NCBI GenBank assembly: GCA_943787705.1
Contig: CALSNL010000003.1
Span: forward strand, 18,314 to 82,313
Reading direction: 5' to 3'
Length of the DNA: 64,000 bases
From: an uncultured Pseudomonadales bacterium
GTDB lineage: Bacteria > Pseudomonadota > Gammaproteobacteria > Pseudomonadales > UBA7434
Part shown: in pieces, positions 21,853 to 30,435 of the stretch
How positions within the stretch are numbered: position 1 is the stretch's first letter
Layout of the letters: each line of letters opens with the position of its first letter
Made by a program: the position numbers and the translations under genes
Notes under the pieces: model-generated
Databases searched by the model: none
Told to the model about the DNA's origin: nothing
What the model saw: only the letters and a program-made list of their open reading frames with translations

Positions 21853-23460
21853 ATGCAAAGCGTATCAACTGGCCAAGCCCTCTACCGTAACTTTTTGGGT
21901 GACGCCCCTTGCTGGTATAAAAATACGATTATCTTTTTCTTAATCGCCAACCCTTTCTTATTAAATATCACCGGTCCATTCGTAATGGGCTGGTTATTAA
22001 TAATACAGTTTATTTTCACCCTTGCGATGGCACTGAAGTGCTACCCATTGCAAAGTGGTGGCTTACTGGCCATGGAAGCGATTATTCTCGGCATGGCTAG
22101 CCCGCAAGATGTTTACCATGAAATACAACTCAACCTGCCTGTCATTTTACTATTAGTGTTTATGGTGGCCGGCATTTATTTTATGAAGGACTTACTGCTC
22201 TTCACCTTTACCAAACTATTAACCAATGTGCGCTCTAAAGTCTGGCTATCTCTTTTGTTTAGCTTTGTTGCCGCATTTTTATCGGCGTTCTTAGATGCCT
22301 TAACCGTTATTGCCGTCATCATTAGTGTTGCCGTTGGCTTCTATGCCATATTCCAAAAAGTCGCCTCAATAGAAGGCTACGATGAAAATGAAGATGACGA
22401 TGATAAGCATGAAGACAGCAACATCCATCACCTCCACCGTGAAGATCTCGATCAATTCCGTGGCTTTTTACGTGATTTAATGATGCATGGCGCCATTGGT
22501 ACCGCGCTAGGCGGCGTATGTACACAAGTAGGCGAACCTCAAAATTTGGTTATCGCTGCGCAATCTAACTGGCAGTTTCTTGAGTTTTTCTTACGCATGT
22601 GCCCGGTTACTATTCCTGTATTAATAGCCGGTTTATGCGTAGTGGTATTACTCGAAAAAACCGCTTGGTTTGGTTATGGCTGGCAGCTTCCAGAATCCGT
22701 TCGTAAAGTGTTAGTTGAAGATGCCGAACAACAAGATGCCAATCGTAATCATCAAGACAAGATGGCTTTAGTTATTCAAGCCTTAGTCGCTGTTTGGTTA
22801 ATCCTTGGCTTGGCACTGCATTTAGCCGAAGTTGGCGTAATTGGTTTAAGTGTTATCGTATTAGCGACTGCGTTTAATGGCATCACGAGCGAGCATGCAC
22901 TTGGTAAGGCCTTTGAAGAAGCATTGCCCTTTACCGCATTACTTGTCGTGTTCTTCGCTATTGTTGCTGTTATCGACAAACAAGGCTTGTTCACCGGCAT
23001 TATCAATAATGTCTTAGCCATGGATAAAGATGTGCAAGTCCCCATGTTTTACTTAGCCAATGGCGTATTGTCGGCCATTAGCGATAATGTATTTGTAGGT
23101 ACGGTTTATATTACCGAACTCAAACAAGCGTTAATTGACGGCACAATTGATAGATCACAATACGATTTACTTGCAGTAGCCATTAATACCGGCACCAACA
23201 TCCCGTCTGTTGCCACACCTAATGGCCAAGCCGCATTTTTATTCTTGCTGACATCATCACTAGCGCCGCTGATTCGTTTAGGCTATGGCACTATGGCTTA
23301 TAAAGCTCTGCCTTACACCATTGTATTAACGATAGTAGGCTTACTCAGCGTTATCTATATATTGCCGGGCGCCACAGACTATATGGTTGCAGAAGGCATT
23401 ATTACGAATTTACATACCAACGAGGTGTATATTGAGACGAATAACTCAGGGCATCATTAA
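21853..23460 (+). CDS. nhaB: Na+/H+ antiporter NhaB
   Basis: '[11 protein letters not shown]', '[12 protein letters not shown]', '[17 protein letters not shown]' and '[25 protein letters not shown]'. Confidence 0.95.
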   Translation: MQSVSTGQALYRNFLGDAPCWYKNTIIFFLIANPFLLNITGPFVMGWLLIIQFIFTLAMALKCYPLQSGGLLAMEAIILGMASPQDVYHEIQLNLPVILLLVFMVAGIYFMKDLLLFTFTKLLTNVRSKVWLSLLFSFVAAFLSAFLDALTVIAVIISVAVGFYAIFQKVASIEGYDENEDDDDKHEDSNIHHLHREDLDQFRGFLRDLMMHGAIGTALGGVCTQVGEPQNLVIAAQSNWQFLEFFLRMCPVTIPVLIAGLCVVVLLEKTAWFGYGWQLPESVRKVLVEDAEQQDANRNHQDKMALVIQALVAVWLILGLALHLAEVGVIGLSVIVLATAFNGITSEHALGKAFEEALPFTALLVVFFAIVAVIDKQGLFTGIINNVLAMDKDVQVPMFYLANGVLSAISDNVFVGTVYITELKQALIDGTIDRSQYDLLAVAINTGTNIPSVATPNGQAAFLFLLTSSLAPLIRLGYGTMAYKALPYTIVLTIVGLLSVIYILPGATDYMVAEGIITNLHTNEVYIETNNSGHH

Positions 23461-23492
23461 AAATAATAATTTAATCTGCAGCTAATTTTATT

Positions 23493-24365
23493 GTGAAAAC
23501 ATTTATCGTGACATGGCTATTAAGAGTAGTCGCCCTCCTACCCCTATCGGTTGCTCGGACAATCGGTAGAGGAATTGCTTATTTATTATCGTTGACTAAC
23601 AATGATATTTATCGGCTAAGCCGCATCAACATTGCGTTAACACATCCACAACTGGACAGTGATGCTCTTGATAAAATAACAAAAGACAGTGTTGCGAGTA
23701 CCGTTGTTAATGCTTTTGAAATGCCCATTGTCTGGCAGCAAGATAACGACTGGATTGTCAAGAAAACGGTATCTATTGAAGGTGAAGCCCACCTAACTTC
23801 AGCCCTTGGCAGCAAAAAAGGTGTCATTATTATTGCGCCACATATAGGCAACTGGGAAGCACTTGGAAGACATTTGCCTGTGCATGCACCCACAACTAAC
23901 CTTTACCAGCCACCCAAGCTTACAGCGCTAGAGAATATCGTTAGATCTGGTCGAGAGCGTTCGGGTGCCAAACTTGTGCCGACGAATCAACGGGGTGTTG
24001 CTGCTTTATTAAAAGCGCTAAGACGAGGCGAGTTAATTGGTGTTTTGCCCGATCAGGTGCCGCCTAAAAACTCTGGTGTGTTCGCCCCCTTCTATAACGT
24101 GCCTGCTTATACGATGACGTTGGTTTATAGTTTGATTCAAAAAACCGACTGTCGTGTGGTGTTGGGTTCTGCGTTACGTGTTCCTGGTGGTTTTAAAGTG
24201 ATTTATGCTGAGGCGCCTGAGGCTATTTACAGTGCGGATCAGGCGGTGTCTTTAAGGGCGTTGAATTTGATGGTTGAGATGGCTATTAATAATGATGTGG
24301 CACAATATCAATGGGCTTATAAGCGGTTTAAGAAACAGCCTGAGGGTGTTGAGAAGCCTTATTGA
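23493..24365 (+). CDS. Lipid A / lysophospholipid acyltransferase (LpxL/HtrB family)
   Basis: 'APHIGNWE', 'LPDQVP', 'APFY' and 'QYQWAYKRFK'. Confidence 0.88.
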   Translation: MKTFIVTWLLRVVALLPLSVARTIGRGIAYLLSLTNNDIYRLSRINIALTHPQLDSDALDKITKDSVASTVVNAFEMPIVWQQDNDWIVKKTVSIEGEAHLTSALGSKKGVIIIAPHIGNWEALGRHLPVHAPTTNLYQPPKLTALENIVRSGRERSGAKLVPTNQRGVAALLKALRRGELIGVLPDQVPPKNSGVFAPFYNVPAYTMTLVYSLIQKTDCRVVLGSALRVPGGFKVIYAEAPEAIYSADQAVSLRALNLMVEMAINNDVAQYQWAYKRFKKQPEGVEKPY

Positions 24366-24426
24366 TTTGAGGATGAGCCGTTAGTATTTAGTGGTGATGG
24401 TGCATTCCGAGGGTTTGCTTTTTTTG

Positions 24427-25716
24427 TTTGAGTTTTAAGGTCAAAGTCGTCGGGGGTGGCCCGACAGCCAGTAACTTTTTGTATTCGCTTCGCTCACCCT
24501 ACGGGGCGCCCTTCAGGCGCAGCGCAAACTACGCTGTGCAACACAAAAAAAGTAACCAAAAATGCCGCAACCTTAACGGCGAAGCTTGACCACGACGGGT
24601 GCATCTCGCAGTGTTTTCTGTCCAGCAGTTCCAGAGAGATTATCGCCAAGCGGTATAGGGGGTAATTTTTTCAAACTATAACAGTCACGTTACATTCTGA
24701 TGTTTCGCTTTTCTTTTTAAGTTTTAAATTCAAGACCGTCGGGGGTGGCCCGACAGCCAGTCACTTTTTGTCTACAGCAACAAAAAGTAACCAAAAAATG
24801 CCGTAAGCTTAACGGCGAAGCTTAACCACGACGGGTGCATCTCGTAGGGTTTTCTGTCCAGCAGTTCCAGAGAGATTATCGCCAAGCGGTATAGGGGGTA
24901 ATTTTTTAAACTATAACAGTCACGTTATATTCTGATGTTTTGCTTTTCTTTTTAAGTTTTAAATTCAAGGTCGTCGGGGGTGGCCCGACAGCCAGTCACT
25001 TTTTGTCTACAGCAACAAAAAGTAACCAAAAAATGCCGTAAGCTTAACGGCGAAGCTTAACCACGACGGGTGCATCTCGTAGGGTTTTCTGTCCAGCAGT
25101 TCCAGAGAGATTATCGCCAAGCGGTATAGGGGGTACTTTTTTTGTGCTGCACTTGACATCAAGCTTTACGTCTAAGTTTACCTTTTAGCGAAATAGTAGT
25201 TCTACTAGTTATAAGCCTTTGTTTAGCTCTCACTCTTTCACCTTCTATCCCACACTACGCTCAATAATTCTTTTGAGTAAAAGATTATTCTTTTGAGCTG
25301 CTGCTCTTCATTGCTCTTTTTTCTCTGCTCGGCTCTTCTCTTATCTTTTTTGAGCGGCATGCGGAGCTCAATAGTAAAAGCCGGCCGTTAGGCACGGTTT
25401 TTACTTGTTCTAAAATAAAAAGAAGTCTACTGAACTTGTTCGTTGTAGCCTCATTGTGTTTTGAAAAGTCTGAGGAATCAGAATGATATTGGCTGGAGGC
25501 GAGCTCAGATATTGACGAACAACTAAGTCGAGTGAAAAACGTTTTCGTAGGCGCTGCTAAGGTGTACTGGATAAGACTACCCCAAAGCGAATAGGTTATA
25601 TCGGGGTCAATCTTCGTCAGATTGTGTGCTTTCTTTTGGTTACTTTTCTTTGCACAAGCAAAGAAAAGTGACTGGCGTGTCGGGCCACCCCCGACGGTCC
25701 TGATTGAAAACTCAAA
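24427..25716. mobile_element. Composite non-coding repeat element, copy 1 (three tandem units + conserved core + inverted end). Probable non-autonomous MITE/REPIN-like element.
   Basis: Units at 24441-24664, 24730-24900 and 24965-25135. Inverted terminal copy at 25628-25716. Near-identical second copy at 44459-45847. Mobility is inferred only from the dispersed duplication. Confidence 0.7.
24441..25135. repeat. Tandem array of three ~170-bp structured units separated by homologous ~65-bp AT-rich leaders (period 235 bp without the insert)
   Basis: Unit: TCAAG..CGTCGGGGGTGGCCCGACAGCCAGTCACTTTTTGT...ACAAAAAGTAACC...GCCAAGCGGTATAGGGGGTA. Confidence 0.97.
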
Positions 25717-25765
25717 AAAAATCAAAATCTCAAAGAAGGAAAAAAACTATATATAATACAAAACC

Positions 25766-25786
25766 CTTAAGCGCTAAACGCTTAAG
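25766..25786. terminator. Hairpin just downstream of the dnaQ stop, possible terminator
   Basis: CTTAAGCG-ctaaa-CGCTTAAG perfect 8-bp stem, followed by GGTTTT on the minus strand. Confidence 0.4.
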
Positions 25787-25788
25787 CA

Positions 25789-26520
25789 TTAAGCCTCATC
25801 CTCCTCCTTTAACCAAAGACACTCCCCGCCACTCTTCTTATTAATCGTCGCCAACAACGCCTCATGCGCCGCCAACTCATCAGCATTCGCCGCAATCACT
25901 CGCAAATTCTGACTACCATCCAAACGAATAATCCCCGTCTGAGCTTTTGCACTTTCCGAACCCGACTCAGCCTCGCCCCCTAAATACAAAGAAGTCTGAC
26001 CACCCGTCATCATCAGATAAACGTCAGCTAAAATCTCAGCATCTAATAATGCACCATGCAACTCTCGCTTAGCATTATCAACCGCATAACGCTTACAAAG
26101 CGCATCAAGATTATTTTTTTGACCCGGATGCTTTTTCCGCGCTAAAACTAAACTGTCTATCACACCACAAATACTACTGGTTTTTTTAACCTTACTGCCC
26201 GCTAACTTTAACTCGTGATCAATAAAACCAATATCAAACGGCGCGTTATGAATAATTAATTCCGCACCATCAATGAAATCTAAAAACGCCTCCATCACAT
26301 TTGCAAATAAAGGCTTATCCGATAAAAACTCATTGCTAATGCCGTGAACTTCTAAAGCGCCTTGATCAATCTCTCGCTCAGGCTGAATATACTGATGATA
26401 GTGCTTGCCCGTTAATCGCCGATTAACTAATTCAACACAGCCAATCTCAATAATTCGATGACCTTGTGACGGCTCTAAACCCGTGGTTTCTGTATCGAGT
26501 ACTATTTGTCGTGTCGCCAT
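25789..26520 (-). CDS. dnaQ: DNA polymerase III epsilon subunit
   Basis: 'RQIVLDTETTGL', 'HNAPFDIGF' and 'HGALLDAEILADVYLMMTGGQ'. Confidence 0.97.
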   Translation of the reverse strand: MATRQIVLDTETTGLEPSQGHRIIEIGCVELVNRRLTGKHYHQYIQPEREIDQGALEVHGISNEFLSDKPLFANVMEAFLDFIDGAELIIHNAPFDIGFIDHELKLAGSKVKKTSSICGVIDSLVLARKKHPGQKNNLDALCKRYAVDNAKRELHGALLDAEILADVYLMMTGGQTSLYLGGEAESGSESAKAQTGIIRLDGSQNLRVIAANADELAAHEALLATINKKSGGECLWLKEEDEA

Positions 26521-26545
26521 TACTGAGTTCTCTTATCCATACTAA

Positions 26546-26974
26546 TTAAATTTTCTCTAAGCCTTCATTCGCTAACTGATCGGCAATTTCATTCTCTGCA
26601 TGACCAGAGTGACCCTTTACCCAGTTCCACTTAATTGTATGACGCTGTGATTGCTCATCAAGCTCACGCCAAAGATCCGCATTCTTAACCGGCTTTTTCG
26701 CCGCCGTTCGCCAACCGTTACGCTTCCAATTACCTATCCACTCAGTAATACCCTTTCGCACATACTGTGAATCGGTAACCAATACAACTTCAGAAGTCGC
26801 CTCTAGTAAGCGTAAACCTTCTATCGCTGCTTGCAGCTCCATGCGGTTGTTAGTAGTTTCACGCTCGCCACCACAGTGACGCGCATCAACACCGTCAATA
26901 CGAATTAATACGCCCCAACCACCTGGGCCAGGGTTCCCTTTGCACGCTCCATCGGTATACAACTCTATTGCCAC
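26546..26974 (-). CDS. rnhA: Ribonuclease HI
   Basis: '[16 protein letters not shown]', 'TTNNRMEL', 'TDSQYV' and '[14 protein letters not shown]'. Confidence 0.97.
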   Translation of the reverse strand: MAIELYTDGACKGNPGPGGWGVLIRIDGVDARHCGGERETTNNRMELQAAIEGLRLLEATSEVVLVTDSQYVRKGITEWIGNWKRNGWRTAAKKPVKNADLWRELDEQSQRHTIKWNWVKGHSGHAENEIADQLANEGLEKI

Positions 26975-27122
26975 GCTTCTTTATCCTATAACTGAATTAA
27001 AAATTTGATTAAATAGCACTAAACAGCTTTTCTAACGCGCTATCAAGGCCAGCTATTCTGGTCGCTGACAGAGGCAATTTCAAGCACTGAATGGTTTTTT
27101 CGCCCCTAATGATCATGAAGGA

Positions 27123-27893
27123 TTATTCTCGGTGATGAACGCCTGAAGCCCGCGGCGTCTTAATACGCTTCATCCAATACTGCTTTATAAAATTAACCGG
27201 ATAACTGCGCTTTTTAGCAATCACAACATAAAATAGCCCCAGCGGTAAGCGACAACTCTCACCGAAGCGTTCCAAGCCTTGAAACCGCTCAAGTATCGAC
27301 TGATTATTAATCGGTGGGCGATAAAAATAGGACTGCTGATGCAGTACATCGTAATTCAATACCGACAACCAATCGGTTAATCGATTTTGCCGTATTGGCA
27401 TAAGCCCCATGGCTAAGCCTTTGCCCCATTGCGCATAGCGCTGATACAAGGGCCAGGCGCTAAGCGGGTTAAACCCCACCACGAGCATATGCCCACCCGC
27501 TGTTAGGGTACGATCGGTTTCACGTAACAATTGATGAGGATCAGCAGAAAACTCTAAGACATGATGCAACAAGGCAATATCGATGCAATCGGTCGCGATA
27601 GGAAAGGACTGATAATCGCCCCAAATACTATCGCGTATCTCGGTATCGAGACTCGGCGCAAAACCTAATTGAATATACTGCCCTACACAGGCCAGCTGAG
27701 ATATCGCCTGCGCTTTTTGAATACTTAACTGCAGTAAGTTGCAGCCTACTAGCTTGGGTAAATGACGGTCAATGACGGTGGTCTCGCTAGCGAGCAGCGT
27801 CTGACCTAAATCCGTCGCTAAAAAGCCCTTAAAGTCACTCATGGCAACAGACATTGGGAGTGCGGGACTTGCTGCTTTGTGTTTATCTGTCAT
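27123..27893 (-). CDS. Class I SAM-dependent methyltransferase-like protein (YafS-like)
   Basis: 'HVLEFSADPHQLLRE..RTL..GG...VGFNPLS' and synteny with rnhA-dnaQ. The ATG at 27893 was chosen because the longer ORF runs through a 12-bp repeat. Confidence 0.8.
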   Translation of the reverse strand: MTDKHKAASPALPMSVAMSDFKGFLATDLGQTLLASETTVIDRHLPKLVGCNLLQLSIQKAQAISQLACVGQYIQLGFAPSLDTEIRDSIWGDYQSFPIATDCIDIALLHHVLEFSADPHQLLRETDRTLTAGGHMLVVGFNPLSAWPLYQRYAQWGKGLAMGLMPIRQNRLTDWLSVLNYDVLHQQSYFYRPPINNQSILERFQGLERFGESCRLPLGLFYVVIAKKRSYPVNFIKQYWMKRIKTPRASGVHHRE

Positions 27894-28335
27894 AGGGGTT
27901 AGACCTAACTCAATCAATACAACAATCAATACAACAATAAAAACAACAATAAAAAACAACGGCAATAGAATAACTAAAAAAAACCATTGTTTAGCCAAGC
28001 AATAATAAGCCTAAAGCTTAATGATAAATATAAATAACTGAACCAACGACTTTATTGCACACTGAAACCCTATTATACGATAAAGCCACTAGCGGCTGAT
28101 TATATTTTAACCTCCTTATGGCCTCCCTCGCTCTATTTTGCTATCCATAAATAATAGGAGTCTCACTATCGTTAGCATTTTCGATACATGCTGAGGCGCT
28201 CGCAAACCATCCACGCTTACGATACGATATCAATAAGAGAAAGATAGGGTTTTATTATCAATAGTTGATAGAATTCAGCGCCTATTTAGCTGAGAACATC
28301 TAATCAGAATTGTTTAACTAAGAGTATTTAATTTT

Positions 28336-30435
28336 ATGCTGCAGCAATCTAAACGCGTGTTACTGAGTCCTTCTCTATTATTGCCTACCTCTCTATTGCC
28401 TATTTTTCTATTGCTTACTTTTCTACTACTTGGCAGCTGTCAATCCATTAACCACAGCGATAATAAGCAATCGTTCAACTCAGACAATTTATTTGACAGT
28501 CAAAACGCAGACATTTTAAGTCTGCGATGCTCAGAAGCGACAACAAAGCTCCAAGAGCAACTCTCTGTCTTAGAAAGCAACTTAAGCGATGTCAGCGATC
28601 TGTCTTTTTTAACCGACTTGGATAATTTCTATATTCAGCTTGAAAATCACTACAGCGTTGCTCAACTCTATAGCAATACACATCCCAATGCCGATATTCG
28701 TAGTAGCGCCAGTAGCTGTCAGAAATCGGTAGAAAGCATTTTGACCGATGCCAATCTATCGCAAGCGATCTACCAACAATTACAACAAATCGACAGCAGT
28801 AACAGTGATGCAATTACACAGCGCTATCATAAAAAGTTGCTCATTAACTTTACCCGCTCAGGGGTTGATAAAGATCAGCTGCTGCGTGATACATTGCGAC
28901 AATTACAAATTGATATTGCCGATTTAGGCCAACAATTTTCAAAAAACATTCGAGAAGATGTTCGACATATTACTGTCGACTCTATTGATGAACTTAAAGG
29001 TCTGCCGCAAGATTATATTGATGGCTTAAGCAAAAACGCCGAAGGCCAATGGCTGATTACTACCGACTACCCCAGCATTTTTCCTTTCTTGCGCTATGCA
29101 CATAATGATAAAAACCGTCTAGCTATTTATAAGCAATTTTTGGATCGTGGCTATCCCGACAATGAAGCCTTACTCAAACAAATTATTAGCAAACGTGATC
29201 AACTAGCTAAACATCTTGGTTATGACACTTATGCAGAATATGTTACCGAAGTGGCCATGATAGCGACCCCTAGCAATGCCTCAACCTTTATTGACCGTAT
29301 AGCAACGCTAGCCAAACCACGCTCAGATCGCGACTACAAGCAACTGTTAGCTCAACTACAAACGATTGATCCACAAGCTGAAAAAGTGGGCAACTGGCAA
29401 AAAGCTTTTTTAGAAGAGCAAGTCAAGAAAGAGCAATATCAATATGACGCCAAAGCCATACGCGAGTACTTTGCCTATGACGATGTTAAGCAAGGTATCT
29501 TTGAATTAGCCGGTCAATTGTTTGATGTTGAGATTATTCCTTGGCAAACCTCAACCTGGCACCCTGCTGTGAGCACCCATGAGCTGCGCAAAAAAACTGG
29601 CGAGACGCTAGGCTATTTTTATCTTGATATGCACCCCCGCGATGGCAAGTATAAACATGCGGCACACTTTGGTATCAAAACCGGTGTGCTCGATAAACAA
29701 CTGCCTGTCTCCGCACTTATTTGTAACTTCCCCGGTGAAGATCAACAGCTCGATAGCACTGGCCATCGACTAAATCGCGGCTTAATGGAACACAACCAAG
29801 TTGAAACATTCTTGCATGAGTTTGGGCATTTAATGCATAGCCTTATTGGCGGCCACCAAGAATGGAGCGGCTTATCTGGCATTGCCACCGAACGCGACTT
29901 TGTTGAAGCCCCCTCGCAACTGTTAGAAGAATGGGTATGGAACTACGACACTTTAAAAACCTTTGCTGTGAATGCCAATGGCGAAACCATTCCTAAGGCG
30001 ATGGTCGATAAAATGCTGCGTGCTCGCGGCTTTGGTAAAGGCACGCATATTCGTAATCAAATGTTTTATGCGGCGCTGTCTCTCGACTACTACTCAAGCT
30101 CACCTGAAACGTTAGACCTTAATGAGACATTAATTCGCTTACAACAAGCCTACTCGCCGTTTGATTATATTAACGATACGCACTTCTATGCTAACTTTGG
30201 TCATCTCTACGGTTACTCAGCGCGTTACTATACGTATATGTGGTCACTCGTGATTGCTGCCGATTTATTCTCAGAGTTTGAGCGCGATGGCTTACTTAAC
30301 AGTGACGTGGCAGCCCGTTACCGCGATAAAGTATTAGCGCCCGGTGGCAGCAAAGACGCTGCTGATTTAGTGGCCGACTTTTTAGGTCGTCCTTTTAATT
30401 ACGATGCATTTATTGAGCAGCTTAATGCCGAATAA
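28336..30435 (+). CDS. M3 family (thimet/oligopeptidase A-like) metallopeptidase, probable lipoprotein
   Basis: Zincin 'FLHEFGHLMH', 'DFVEAPSQLLEEW' and 'YYTYMWS'. N-terminal hydrophobic stretch ending 'LLLGSC'. Confidence 0.9.
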   Translation: MLQQSKRVLLSPSLLLPTSLLPIFLLLTFLLLGSCQSINHSDNKQSFNSDNLFDSQNADILSLRCSEATTKLQEQLSVLESNLSDVSDLSFLTDLDNFYIQLENHYSVAQLYSNTHPNADIRSSASSCQKSVESILTDANLSQAIYQQLQQIDSSNSDAITQRYHKKLLINFTRSGVDKDQLLRDTLRQLQIDIADLGQQFSKNIREDVRHITVDSIDELKGLPQDYIDGLSKNAEGQWLITTDYPSIFPFLRYAHNDKNRLAIYKQFLDRGYPDNEALLKQIISKRDQLAKHLGYDTYAEYVTEVAMIATPSNASTFIDRIATLAKPRSDRDYKQLLAQLQTIDPQAEKVGNWQKAFLEEQVKKEQYQYDAKAIREYFAYDDVKQGIFELAGQLFDVEIIPWQTSTWHPAVSTHELRKKTGETLGYFYLDMHPRDGKYKHAAHFGIKTGVLDKQLPVSALICNFPGEDQQLDSTGHRLNRGLMEHNQVETFLHEFGHLMHSLIGGHQEWSGLSGIATERDFVEAPSQLLEEWVWNYDTLKTFAVNANGETIPKAMVDKMLRARGFGKGTHIRNQMFYAALSLDYYSSSPETLDLNETLIRLQQAYSPFDYINDTHFYANFGHLYGYSARYYTYMWSLVIAADLFSEFERDGLLNSDVAARYRDKVLAPGGSKDAADLVADFLGRPFNYDAFIEQLNAE

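Noticed and set aside
24456-24665. Short ORFs inside repeat units (also 44549-44869)
   Set aside because: These are translations of the structured repeat, and the frames are not preserved among units.
24441-25135. CRISPR array or integron attC array interpretation of the tandem units (also 44524-45214)
   Set aside because: Repeats are ~170 bp, the spacers are homologous to one another and non-coding, and there is no cas or intI gene in the window.
25285-25725. 146-aa ORF, and its 156-aa twin at 45364-45834, as an element-encoded protein or transposase
   Set aside because: It runs through the terminal hairpins and has no recognisable motif. Most differences between the copies are non-synonymous (R/K, R/C, SL/GF, S/N, S/A, R/I) and the N-termini differ, so there is no sign of coding constraint.
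24361-25790. Replication terminus (dif) as the explanation of the skew flip
   Set aside because: The flip is local (a few hundred bp), occurs twice in 20 kb, and the background returns afterwards. No dif-like XerC/XerD site was recognised.
27894-27998. Hydrophobic N-terminal extension of the YafS-like ORF
   Set aside because: It derives from a 12-bp AC-rich tandem repeat, and family members lack such a segment.
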